From Ignavibacteriota bacterium (GTDB lineage: Bacteria > Bacteroidota > Ignavibacteria > Palsa-1295), in NCBI GenBank assembly GCA_963787835.1, contig CAWBEI010000002.1, forward strand, positions 1 to 64,000: DNA of 64,000 bases, given 5' to 3'. This document shows, one piece after another, positions 21,744 through 31,383 of the stretch. The notes below the pieces were generated by a model. That model saw only the letters and a program-made list of their open reading frames with translations, did not search any database and was not told where the DNA came from. A program made the translations under genes and the position numbers. Every line of letters starts with the position of its first letter. The first letter of the stretch is position 1.

Positions 21744-24316
21744 TAGAGCCTCGATCCTACAGAAAAATAAAATTCCGGTGAATTCAATGCGATGCCCTCG
21801 CCGGGTGTGCTCAATGGTTTTGAATTCTGAGTTTGGATAAGTCGGAAGTTCTCACCGATACCGAATTGGGCCAGACCTAGCGGAGTTTTTACTCCCACTT
21901 GCGCACCGACACCATGGAGCAAGGACTCGAACTTTATCTCCGTTGGCTGAGGCCAGCTTGCGCCAATATCGTAGCGTGCCGATACAAAGGTAGGGAAAAA
22001 GAGCGCATGTGGGATCGCAACCTGATACGTCAGGCTGCCTTCGATCATTTGCTGACCGCGAAGTTCATATTGATTAAGCCCATAGAAGGATGCCATCCCC
22101 CCTAATTCAAATTCTTCGAGACGGGGGATCAAACCGTTCCCAATTCCCAACTGAAGATGCGGGATGACCGTGTGCAAGCTCGAGATCGGGATCGCCTGTC
22201 CTAATTCTCCGAAAAACTTTGCATAGCTCGTTCCCACGCCCAACACGGTTAACCCTGTTTCGGCATATCCATATAAGAGAGTGCCAACATGCGGATAATC
22301 CGCGTCATCGCGGGAATCGACCAAAAGCTCTCCACGAACTGCTCGTAGATCGATACTGCCCTGATCGCCGGAGCTATCATTCGTACTAAACCAGCGTTGA
22401 TGTTCTGCGCGAAGCTCGACGGTAAGAGCGCCAAGCCGCTCGATCTGACCGCCAACCCGCAAATGCAACCCAAAGTCCCTCGACTCTCGCACCACATCGG
22501 TAACGCTCGAAACGACTTTGCTCTCGTTCGCCCCGCTCTGTTCCGTCGTAATCGCATACGAATTAATATCCCGATAGCCGGAATACACGCTTGCATCCAG
22601 AACGCCGAAACTATGAAAAAGCCGAGGAGCATCGAAGGTTAATGAGGCCGCCCGAGCAAGCGGGCCAAGGCTGCCGACTGCGGAATACTCCATGCCGGTT
22701 CCTGCAATATTCTCGTTCGCAAATTGTGCGGAAAATTCGGCACCAAATTCATTGTCGGCATAGACCCCTAACCGTACGACGTTGGGACTTTTAGCGATCA
22801 CTGTCACAATAACCGCCGGACCAAACGAGGTGGTGAGCGGTGGATTCGTTGTTGTATCTTCACTTCGAATGTAGCGGGTGCCGGGCCATTCGGAATCATA
22901 AGAAATTTGCAGCATGACAAAGTCGAACAAACCAGTACCTGTCAGATCTTGCAAGGATCGTTCGCTGGTGGTCGCACGTAAAACATCGCCGCTATGGAAG
23001 GGTAATTCGTGCAGGACAAGGTCAGAGTCGCCTCCGCGAACGACGATACGAGCAACATGTCCTTCATCGACATAAAGATCGGCGCGCCCAACAGTTGTGC
23101 AAAGAACCACGCTATCAATTCTTGCAAGGGGGTATCCATGAGAGCGATAAGCTTCGAGCAGCCCTTGCTGCACCGTCAGCATATTTTCGGACCGAACTAA
23201 GGGCTGCCCTAACATCGCATGGTCTGACAGAATAGTCGAATCTACAAACTTATGTTTCTTCCCGATCACTCGAATTTCCCGAAGTGATGGGAGTAGTGTT
23301 TCTTTTCCCGTAGTTGGTGCCAAAGGGTTTGGAACCCCTGCGATCGCTGCCCGAATGTTCGGAAGCATCGCGCGCGCAGCCTGTCGTCCGGCTTCGATCG
23401 CCGCCGGAATATTCGAAAAATCCGTTCCACTAAATCCGTTCAGTTCCGGGGTAATGGTGCAATCCGAAAGCAGGAGTCCGCGCCGGTTCCCGGGCTGCAT
23501 CGTTAAGGAAATGACCTGATCGCCAACGACCCAGGGCGTTGTCAACGCTTCCCGCGGCAACAAGGGTGCCGTTGTGTTGGAGACGATCACCTTCGATGCT
23601 CCGAAATCCCGTGCAACATCCGATGGGATATTGTCGAGCAAGCCACCATCCATGAGGATCATCGAGTCCTCCGGAACCGGATTGAACCGCAGCGGAAGCG
23701 TGGAACTCGCGCGTAACGCCTCGGTAAGATCGCCGCTGGTGAGCAGCCGACGCTCCCCGCGAACAATATCCGTCGTGACAGCCACAAAGGGAACCCGAAG
23801 ATCGCGAAGGAAATCGTTCGGCACTCCGGCGGGCGCGCCGAGTACCATCGAGTTGAACAGCATCGTCAGCCGCTGACCGCTCGAGATGGCTTGCGGTATC
23901 ACCGGATCGAAGAACCCGGTAAATCGCAGCGAGAGCAGCGCGTGATCCATATCCTTTTGGCTGAGCACTCGATCGGCACGATTCGATTCGTCCTGAAGCT
24001 CCAGCACATCAGCCCAATTGATGGATCGTGCAAACGATTCGAGCTGCTTTGGAGTGTAGCCGGCGGCATATAATCCGCCTACAACAGCGCCAATGCTCGT
24101 GCCTACGATCAGATCGATCGGTACATGCGCCGAATCCAGCACATCCAGCACACCAATATGCGCAAAGCCCTTGATCCCCCCGCCGGAAAGCACCAGCGCT
24201 ACGCCCGGCGGATGAGCAAGCCGTTTGGTCTCCGGAAGCAACGCCTGAGATGCCGGCTGTGCATAGGCAAGAGCCGAACAAAGTAGCAAGGAAGCGAGAG
24301 CGAGGCGAAAGATCAT
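21743..24316 (-). CDS. Patatin-like phospholipase with POTRA and Omp85 barrel (PlpD/type Vd architecture)
   Basis: SGGGIKG, GTSIG, DGG; POTRA-like middle region; barrel ending ...FYFSVGSRL. Confidence 0.88.
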   Translation of the reverse strand: MIFRLALASLLLCSALAYAQPASQALLPETKRLAHPPGVALVLSGGGIKGFAHIGVLDVLDSAHVPIDLIVGTSIGAVVGGLYAAGYTPKQLESFARSINWADVLELQDESNRADRVLSQKDMDHALLSLRFTGFFDPVIPQAISSGQRLTMLFNSMVLGAPAGVPNDFLRDLRVPFVAVTTDIVRGERRLLTSGDLTEALRASSTLPLRFNPVPEDSMILMDGGLLDNIPSDVARDFGASKVIVSNTTAPLLPREALTTPWVVGDQVISLTMQPGNRRGLLLSDCTITPELNGFSGTDFSNIPAAIEAGRQAARAMLPNIRAAIAGVPNPLAPTTGKETLLPSLREIRVIGKKHKFVDSTILSDHAMLGQPLVRSENMLTVQQGLLEAYRSHGYPLARIDSVVLCTTVGRADLYVDEGHVARIVVRGGDSDLVLHELPFHSGDVLRATTSERSLQDLTGTGLFDFVMLQISYDSEWPGTRYIRSEDTTTNPPLTTSFGPAVIVTVIAKSPNVVRLGVYADNEFGAEFSAQFANENIAGTGMEYSAVGSLGPLARAASLTFDAPRLFHSFGVLDASVYSGYRDINSYAITTEQSGANESKVVSSVTDVVRESRDFGLHLRVGGQIERLGALTVELRAEHQRWFSTNDSSGDQGSIDLRAVRGELLVDSRDDADYPHVGTLLYGYAETGLTVLGVGTSYAKFFGELGQAIPISSLHTVIPHLQLGIGNGLIPRLEEFELGGMASFYGLNQYELRGQQMIEGSLTYQVAIPHALFFPTFVSARYDIGASWPQPTEIKFESLLHGVGAQVGVKTPLGLAQFGIGENFRLIQTQNSKPLSTPGEGIALNSPEFYFSVGSRL

Positions 24317-24730
24317 CCGTGTGCGTGTGGAACAATGCCACAGACGGACTTAACTCCCCTTTATTTTGGATGCGGTCTCAATTTCTCCCAGAAATAGGTG
24401 CCATTTCTTTTTCTTGCTGAGTTCCCGACCGCCCTCGATTCCGAGCCAATTTCGCCATATAGCCTCACCAAATATTTTTTTTTTCATTAGGAATTCATAA
24501 AGGCACCATTTTCTTGAAAACGGGTGCCCATTAAACGCAATTGAATTGTCATTTAATGAACTATATTTCACTTTGTGTCAATTATTCATTAATTTCCATG
24601 CGAAAATTAATGCGGCCTCAATTTTCAATGAACATGACATCAACACAATTCCTACAGACACTTGGTGCCTATAGTCACACTCTCAATATACGGCGGGAAT
24701 TTCCGGAAGTCAAGCGATTCTTGAAAATAG

Positions 24731-25123
24731 ACTGTGATTCGTGTGATTTATTTGAGTGGGGCATGATTTAGGTCTGAGCAAATCATCGAAACCATCACAG
24801 GAATCACATAAATCATAGTTCAGACACGGAGGCGGAGGGCACAAGCCGCTTTGGCGCGAAGCAGCCCAAGTGGCGGAGCCACGAAAGAGAATAGCCGGTG
24901 ACGTGAGTCACCGGATCGATGGATAAATTGGCGATGAAGTGCCGAAGGCACGGAAGGCCGGCGGGGGTGGTATCGTCCCTTCGGGACTTTAGCGCGAAAT
25001 AAAAACGGTTCCGGGGACTTACGTCCCCGGCTATTTCCTTCTGTCCCTTCGGGACCGGGAACCCATCCAAAACATCCCATTAATCCCAGTTCAGACACGG
25101 TGGCGGACGACACAATCCACGCG
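24731..25123. repeat. Mosaic of REP-like palindromes (GTTCAGAC-type element, gtcccttcgggac twice, ccggggacttacgtccccgg, ccggtgacgtgagtcaccgg)
   Basis: Many short GC-rich hairpins; modules shared with 26409-26640. Confidence 0.8.
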
Positions 25124-25130
25124 AAGGGAC

Positions 25131-25152
25131 GATAAATAGTATTATATTTATC
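25131..25152. promoter_or_regulatory. Putative operator GATAAATA-N6-TATTTATC
   Basis: Perfect 8-bp inverted repeat ending 6 nt upstream of the ORF start at 25159. Confidence 0.45.
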
Positions 25153-25158
25153 CATCAG

Positions 25159-25455
25159 ATGATGGGCACCTATCCAAAATTCGAGGAATTCCAGGAGATC
25201 TACAAATTCATTCGCCGGTACGACGTTCGTAAGGGAATGGATGGTTCACTTCGCGCAGAAAATCCGAAGACTGGTGTGCGATATGAATCACGTTTGGCAA
25301 AAACCGAGATCTTCGAAGTCAGGAAAACACCACGCGGGATCGTTCGACGAAATATACTGAGCAAGCCTGTTGATATGAAATCCAGTTCCGTTTTTGCGTG
25401 GACGCTGTTCTGTAAACTTAAACAAAGAGGTGAGTTGTTTTTGAATTCCACATGA
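25159..25455 (+). CDS. Small basic hypothetical protein
   Basis: 98 aa; ATGA overlap with the DUF72 gene. Confidence 0.6.
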   Translation: MMGTYPKFEEFQEIYKFIRRYDVRKGMDGSLRAENPKTGVRYESRLAKTEIFEVRKTPRGIVRRNILSKPVDMKSSSVFAWTLFCKLKQRGELFLNST

Positions 25456-26387
25456 CAGAGCAATTCGACGTCCAGCGGGACGCGCCAAAACTGCACGAGC
25501 TGTCGGAGAACGGCATTTATCTTGGCACGTCGTCCTGGAAATATCCGGGATGGGTCGGGCAGGTCTATCATGCCGATTATTCCGGCCCTCGGTCGCTGAT
25601 TCAGAAAAAGCGATTTGAAGCCGAATGTTTACAGGAGTTTGCCACTGTATTCCCGACGGTGTGTTTAGACGAAGGCTTTTGGAGATTCCCTGAAACAGAC
25701 CGGCTCGAAAAATATGCAGAGCAAGTTCCAGATAATTTCCGATTTGGGATCAAAGTAACGAATCAGGTAACCGAACGGCGAACGCACGAAGGAGTTCCGA
25801 ACGGTGGGTATCTTGACTCCCGACTTTTTACCGAGCACTTCTATATTCCTACGCGGGCCGGACTTGGCGATAAACTCGGCCCGGTCATCCTGGAATTTTC
25901 TCCCTTCTTTTTTGGCAGACCCTACGGACAGTTAGATTATTCGCCTCTCCAATTTGTGAAAGACCTTCACAAATTCCTGACGGAGATCCCAAAGCGCGAT
26001 CTGATGCTCGCTGTCGAGATTCGTGACCCGGAACTGCTTGCGTACCCACGCTATCTCGATTGCCTTGAATATCACGGTGTAGCACACGTCCTGAACGAGC
26101 AAACGCACATGCCTGAAATTTCGGAGCAAGTTGATGTGCCGGGGATTTTTCCCGCGTCGTTCGCCGTCATTCGTGCATTAGTGAGGCCCGGAGTAAAGCA
26201 TAACGACGCCGTTAAGCAATTCGAACCCTACAACCAAACACAATTAGAATTGCCAAACATGCGGGAAGGAATTATTGAAACCGTAAAACGATCGCTTCCT
26301 CAGAAACGCAAGGTGTTCGGATTTGTCAATAACCGAACTGAAGGAAATGCCCCAAATACGCTTGCTACTATTCTGAAAGCGATTTAG
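25452..26387 (+). CDS. DUF72 (YecE-like) TIM-barrel protein
   Basis: IYLGTSSWKYPGW, VPDNFRFGIKV, KLGPVILEF, AVEIRD, FVNNRTEGNAP. Confidence 0.9.
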   Translation: MTEQFDVQRDAPKLHELSENGIYLGTSSWKYPGWVGQVYHADYSGPRSLIQKKRFEAECLQEFATVFPTVCLDEGFWRFPETDRLEKYAEQVPDNFRFGIKVTNQVTERRTHEGVPNGGYLDSRLFTEHFYIPTRAGLGDKLGPVILEFSPFFFGRPYGQLDYSPLQFVKDLHKFLTEIPKRDLMLAVEIRDPELLAYPRYLDCLEYHGVAHVLNEQTHMPEISEQVDVPGIFPASFAVIRALVRPGVKHNDAVKQFEPYNQTQLELPNMREGIIETVKRSLPQKRKVFGFVNNRTEGNAPNTLATILKAI

Positions 26388-26408
26388 GATTTCCACGTCC
26401 ATGTGGAC

Positions 26409-26640
26409 GGCACAAGCCGCGCGACCGTCTGAACTATGATTCGTGTGATTTATTTGATCGGGGCAGGATTTCGATCTCCATCATCGAGACCATCACAGGA
26501 ATCACATAAATCATAGTTCAGACTCGGGGGCGGACGACACACTCCGCGCACGTAGGTCGGTGCTTCCAGCCCGACACCAAGTGGCGGAGCCACGATGTAC
26601 CCGTGGCCCAGAGCCTGCCCTCAACTTGATTGGGGGGCGA
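26409..26640. repeat. REP mosaic including a complete GTCTGAAC...GTTCAGAC palindrome (26427-26523)
   Basis: About 100 bp near-identical in direct orientation to 24731-24825; also ccaagtggcggagccacga and cctgccctcaacttgattggggg. Confidence 0.8.
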
Positions 26641-26792
26641 TGGTAACTCGAAATGAAAAATATTTTTTTGACCCGTTTGCAGAAGTAAAAATGGGAGATT
26701 GAAACGACGATCTTCCGTGTCGGTTGGAAACTACAACAATCAGACCTGACTCCCCATTATTTTGAAAGGGAAGTTATGGTAATGCTATAACT

Positions 26793-27728
26793 TCATTCCA
26801 CCACGAACTTCACGCTTGACGTCGTTCCATCCGAATGGAAAAGAACAACATTATAAACGCCCGATGAAAAACCTTGCGTTGGTATCTCCGTAATCGCGTT
26901 GCTCTCATTAGCGCGGTAAGTATGAACAATCCTGCCAGCTTCATCCACAACTTCAGCGGATATAACCGAATCGACTCCACTTAACCGAACTGTGTTCCCA
27001 ATCAGAGCTGGATTGGGCCAGACTGTGGTAGAAACTGATGACGGAGAAAGATGTACTTGCACGCCGTCCGTTCCTTCGTAAGTTATCCCAATATCCATAT
27101 CGACATTCACACCAGCAGGTACTAAATTCCCGTCCACCAATTCCGTAAAAACGAAAGGCATCTCTTGATAATTGACAATTAATGCTGCCCGAGCAGTATC
27201 GAGATCAACAGCTGTTGCCTGTTTGATGGCTCGATATGTGTTGCCCTTACCGAGTCGAGGATTGATGAGAACAATAAAAAACGAATTTTCAACATTAATT
27301 TTCCCGCAACTGAGAGACGACCGGGTACCTGGCACTGGATTGATAGAGACTGGATTGAGTCGCCTATTATTAATGGTATCATGACTTAGAACATCAGGCA
27401 GGAGCTCAGGGCCCTTGCTCGACATTACAGTCATCACGGGCACCATGTCAATGATGTTGGAGTCGGCGCCGAGACTATCGATAATGAAATCCACAGAGTC
27501 TAAAACCTCCTTGCCGGGAGGTAAATCGAAACGTTCCCCATACCCTATGATCACAGAGTCGCCGTGGGAATCAATTGCGAGGTTCGATGGAAAGTCTTGA
27601 AAAGGACCAGTCGTATCACCGTAGGATAGGCGAGTTTGGGCGATTCCTTCTGGCCCAAATGATACAATCAAGAACATAATGAAAACAATTTTTTTTGAGA
27701 CCATAAAATTAGTTGGCTTAATTTTCAA
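26793..27728 (-). CDS. Secreted protein with T9SS type A sorting domain
   Basis: Signal peptide; VWPNPA...VVDEAGR...SSGVYNV...KFVVE. Confidence 0.8.
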   Translation of the reverse strand: MKIKPTNFMVSKKIVFIMFLIVSFGPEGIAQTRLSYGDTTGPFQDFPSNLAIDSHGDSVIIGYGERFDLPPGKEVLDSVDFIIDSLGADSNIIDMVPVMTVMSSKGPELLPDVLSHDTINNRRLNPVSINPVPGTRSSLSCGKINVENSFFIVLINPRLGKGNTYRAIKQATAVDLDTARAALIVNYQEMPFVFTELVDGNLVPAGVNVDMDIGITYEGTDGVQVHLSPSSVSTTVWPNPALIGNTVRLSGVDSVISAEVVDEAGRIVHTYRANESNAITEIPTQGFSSGVYNVVLFHSDGTTSSVKFVVE

Positions 27729-27752
27729 TCATATATATAATAAGTATAAGAA

Positions 27753-27806
27753 AGAGTTTCCCGGAAATCCCACTCATCCTAAAAAATGGAGATTTTCGGG
27801 AAACTC
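27753..27806 (-). terminator. Intergenic stem-loop (gagtttcccggaaatc...gattttcgggaaactc)
   Basis: Inverted repeat immediately downstream of the lipoprotein gene. Confidence 0.45.
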
Positions 27807-27821
27807 AGATATGTGAACTGA

Positions 27822-28721
27822 TTACAGAAATGATGCAATGATAAGTATTATGGCGAATACGCCGAGAGTTGTAATACCAACTTGTTCCCATTGCCTGCCC
27901 GTAAGACCACCATATGTACTGCTTCCACCCGATGCCCCTGCACCTACTACTGAGATATATAAATTAGCTTGATCCTCTGTCCAATAGCCGTTTTGAACCA
28001 TCCAATTAGCATAAGCCTCAGCTTTTATCAATGCCGCAGCATCGGCAGATATGGGAGGGTGTATTGGGAGAGTGTCTCCGGATTGCCCCCAGAACCGGGC
28101 TGAATGGTCTGCTACGCTTAAGTAATCGTAAGCTACAACCCCGTGGCTTGTACTCGGTGACCACGTTATCGAATTGTATTGAGTCAATAAGCTGCTTGTT
28201 GTGTCCAGTATTTGACTGTATGAAAAGCATAGCCTGATATCGGTGTCTGCCTTAACAATAAAGTTTCCTTCGTCGGATGCTAAAAAACCTTGGGATTCGA
28301 GGGTACCGACAGAAGCCACAAGTTGTGCGTGTGTCGGTCCTCCTGCCGCTAATGAGCAAGCAGTGAAAGAGGAATCGAATGCTGCTACCACCGATGAAAT
28401 TTCGCCGGATGTGAATGATCCAGTAGGGGTTTGAATTGAGTCTGTTATGAATAAAGTGGCGAGGCTATCTATCCCCGTTTGCGAAAATTTATTTGGGTAG
28501 CTCGCGTATTTGACCGTATCATAATGTGTAAATATGTAATATAATAAGAGATTGTGAATTCGTCCGACATTAAATGTATCTACTGTCGAAGGTATGATGT
28601 ATGATAACGGCAATCGCGACTGCTGAATCGCCGTATTAGGGGGTGAAGTACATCCTGAACCAAATAATAATGCAATAACCGCCATCGACGCGGCTTGTTT
28701 GAGATTTCGAAGAGTTTTCAT
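27822..28721 (-). CDS. Lipoprotein with a Gly/Ala-rich, hydrophobic C-terminus
   Basis: Lipobox FGSGC; GRIHNLLL, SVADHSARFW, SADAAA; terminal TM-like helix. Confidence 0.75.
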   Translation of the reverse strand: MKTLRNLKQAASMAVIALLFGSGCTSPPNTAIQQSRLPLSYIIPSTVDTFNVGRIHNLLLYYIFTHYDTVKYASYPNKFSQTGIDSLATLFITDSIQTPTGSFTSGEISSVVAAFDSSFTACSLAAGGPTHAQLVASVGTLESQGFLASDEGNFIVKADTDIRLCFSYSQILDTTSSLLTQYNSITWSPSTSHGVVAYDYLSVADHSARFWGQSGDTLPIHPPISADAAALIKAEAYANWMVQNGYWTEDQANLYISVVGAGASGGSSTYGGLTGRQWEQVGITTLGVFAIILIIASFL

Positions 28722-29051
28722 GTTTTTGATTAATTAAAGTTAAAAGCGATTTCTTAAGAAAGCGAGACAAAATTACGTGCGAGCGGTTAAAATATCTATG
28801 ACCAAAAAGCACGTTTTGTTGAAGTGTCCTATTTTTGCTTAATCCGGCTGGAATTCGGCACTTTTTACTCAAACAATCTCTCGAAAATCGGGGAACCGTG
28901 TTGAATTTTCATGCACAATTTTTATTGAGGGACAATATGCCTTTAGAGGAATCCCGATCAAACATAACCCACTCCCATCAGCAAGGGCATGTACAATATT
29001 CTTTCTCTCGCGGGAATGACACCCCTGAAGCTTTTCCATTACTCTTCTGTG

Positions 29052-29088
29052 TTTAGCTTCACTTTAGCACTCAGCACTTTAGCACTTT
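29052..29088. repeat. Short tandem (t/c)agcact repeats
   Basis: tttagcttcactttagcactcagcactttagcacttt. Confidence 0.55.
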
Positions 29089-29095
29089 TTATACT

Positions 29096-30064
29096 TTGTC
29101 ACTACTCATCGTCGGTTCACTCGCGCTCGATATAATAGAAACGCCGTTCGGCAAATTGGAGAAAGCCTTAGGCGGCAGCGCCACCTTTATTGCCACGGCC
29201 GCAAGTTACTTTAAGCCAAAGAACAACAACGGCCATGCCGTCGGCGTGGTTGGCGTCGTCGGGGAGGATTTCCCCGAGCGTGCGTGGGACTTATTTCGCG
29301 AGCGGTCGATCGATACTTCGGGCATCGAGGTCGTAAAAGGCGGAAAGACCTTCTCATGGCATGGGCGTTATCATTATGATATGAACTCGCGGGATACGAT
29401 CGCAACGAACCTGAATGTATTCGCCAATTTCAAACCACGGGTTCCCGAACATTTTATGTCGCCAGATTTTCTCGTGCTTGGTAATATCCAACCCGATCTT
29501 CAGCGCGAAGTGATCGAGCAGATGGTACAGCGTCCGAAGCTCGTGCTATTAGACACGATGAACTTTTGGATCACGGGTTATCGCGAAAGCTTAGAGCGAA
29601 CGCTGAAATTATCGAACGGCCTTGTCATCAACGATAGCGAAGCACGGCTGCTCATCGAGTCTCCAAGCCTCATTGTTGCCGGAAGAAAATTGCAGGAAAT
29701 GCTTGCGCCGGAAGAACCACGTATTGTCGTCATCAAAAAGGGCGAACATGGATCGCTTCTGTTTTACAACGAGCATATTTTTTCCGCGCCGGCCTACCCA
29801 TTGGAAGAGATTTTCGATCCCACCGGTGCGGGCGATACCTTCATGGGTGGTTTTATCGGGTACCTTGCACATCGCGGTTCGATCAATTACCAGGATGCGA
29901 AACGTGCGATGATCTATGGAACGGTGCTCGCAAGTTATTGCTGCGGCAAATTTTCGACGGAAGGTATCGAGAACCTGACCATGGATGAGATCCTCGACCG
30001 GTTCCTCGCTATACACTTGCTTTCCTCCTTCGATCTCGAAGAGGACGAGATATCAACCATGTAA
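29096..30064 (+). CDS. PfkB family carbohydrate/nucleoside kinase
   Basis: LGGSA, LDTMNFWI, INDSEA, DPTGAGDTF. Confidence 0.93.
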   Translation: MSLLIVGSLALDIIETPFGKLEKALGGSATFIATAASYFKPKNNNGHAVGVVGVVGEDFPERAWDLFRERSIDTSGIEVVKGGKTFSWHGRYHYDMNSRDTIATNLNVFANFKPRVPEHFMSPDFLVLGNIQPDLQREVIEQMVQRPKLVLLDTMNFWITGYRESLERTLKLSNGLVINDSEARLLIESPSLIVAGRKLQEMLAPEEPRIVVIKKGEHGSLLFYNEHIFSAPAYPLEEIFDPTGAGDTFMGGFIGYLAHRGSINYQDAKRAMIYGTVLASYCCGKFSTEGIENLTMDEILDRFLAIHLLSSFDLEEDEISTM

Positions 30065-30083
30065 CTTTCTTGCAGAGCGTATT

Positions 30084-30986
30084 ATGTCAGATCATACTGC
30101 ATGGCCTTCGCTGCCTTATGAGGAGTGGGTAGATACCTACGACACGCTCCACCTTTATACCCAAGTTGCCGGCAAAATAAAACTCGCGCTCTCGCCTTTT
30201 TTGAACGAATGGCGGCATGTGGCACTCTCTATCTGGGCACGAGGAATAACGACCGGGCCGATCCCCTACCAAGGACGAATCTTCGAACTACGGTTCGATC
30301 TCGTTTCTCACAATGTGGAGATCTTCGACAGTACGGGAAGAACCAATACCATAGAACTTGTACCCCGTCCTGTTGCTGAATTCTATAAGCTTGTTCTATC
30401 TAACGTGCGATCGATGGGAATTGAAGTTACCATTGCTCCGGAGCCGCAGGAAATAGAAAATGCTATCCCGCTGGAGACCGATACTGTCCACCATTCTTAC
30501 GACCGCGAAGCAGTAGGCAGATTCTGGACCATACTTGCATCTATTTCCGGAGTATTCGAATCGTTCCGGTCGGGGTTTTCAGGCAAAGCAAGCTCGGTCC
30601 TCTTCTGGTGGGGTTCGTTCGACCTCGCGGTTTCGAGGTTTTCAGGAAATCCCTGTGCTTCTCCTCCTCATGCAAGCCGCATGGCTCGGATCGATTGTAA
30701 CGAAGAACACTTCGCTGCCGGCTTCTGGCCCGGAAGCGGCAAGTTGTTGAAACCTGCGTTCTATGCCTATGGCTATCCCGCTGCTCCGGGAATCGAACAA
30801 ACTGCGATCTTACCTAAACAGGCCTATTGGAACGCCGATCTCGGTGAGTTCATTTTGCATTACGACGATGTTCAAGCATCTGCAACACCCGAAGCAATGA
30901 TCCTCGATTTCCTTAAGAGCACCTACGAGCGGGTGGCAAATTCTCTTAATTGGGATCGAGAGTTCTTAGAGAGAAAAATTGAATGA
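30084..30986 (+). CDS. DUF5996 family protein
   Basis: WPSLPYEEWVDTYDTLHLYTQVAGK, FWWGSFDLAVSRFSG, GFWPG, FYAYGYP. Confidence 0.85.
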   Translation: MSDHTAWPSLPYEEWVDTYDTLHLYTQVAGKIKLALSPFLNEWRHVALSIWARGITTGPIPYQGRIFELRFDLVSHNVEIFDSTGRTNTIELVPRPVAEFYKLVLSNVRSMGIEVTIAPEPQEIENAIPLETDTVHHSYDREAVGRFWTILASISGVFESFRSGFSGKASSVLFWWGSFDLAVSRFSGNPCASPPHASRMARIDCNEEHFAAGFWPGSGKLLKPAFYAYGYPAAPGIEQTAILPKQAYWNADLGEFILHYDDVQASATPEAMILDFLKSTYERVANSLNWDREFLERKIE

Positions 30987-31012
30987 CCAACCCTCCGTCA
31001 TCAGAAGGGAGT

Positions 31013-31276
31013 TTACTCCATAAACAGATCGTCTGGATAGCAATACATCCAGTCCTCATCGGGCTGGAATGATTTGATGATGGGATGCCCCGACCGGTGA
31101 AAATGCTTGGTCGCGTGTTTGTTCTTGGATTGATCGCAGCAGCCAACATGCCCGCAGGTCATGCATAAGCGAAGATGCACCCATGTGTCACCCGTTTTCA
31201 GGCATTCTTCACATCCGTTTGGGGTGCGTGGTTTTACATTTTTGATCTGATCGAGGTGTGTGCAGGTTGTAGCCAT
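31013..31276 (-). CDS. UBP-type zinc finger protein
   Basis: CTHL, CEEC, LRLCMTCGHVGCCD, HATKHF, WMYCY. Confidence 0.92.
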   Translation of the reverse strand: MATTCTHLDQIKNVKPRTPNGCEECLKTGDTWVHLRLCMTCGHVGCCDQSKNKHATKHFHRSGHPIIKSFQPDEDWMYCYPDDLFME

Positions 31277-31321
31277 AATCTGTTAGAACAATCAAAATAA
31301 ATAAAACAATTTTCGATGGTT

Positions 31322-31374
31322 GGAACCAGATCAAAAAATAAAGGTTAAAGTACTTTGTAATTCAAAGTACTTTA
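31322..31374 (+). promoter_or_regulatory. ECF-like promoter GGAAC-N17-GTT abutting the palindromic operator TAAAGTACTTTG-N5-CAAAGTACTTTA
   Basis: Perfect 12-bp inverted repeat at 31346-31374, upstream of an operon that contains a wHTH regulator. Confidence 0.65.
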
Positions 31375-31383
31375 TTAAAGACC

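Noticed and set aside
24731-26640. CRISPR array or integron attC sites
   Set aside because: There is no regular repeat-spacer periodicity and no cas or integrase gene. The repeats are GC-rich REP-type hairpins.
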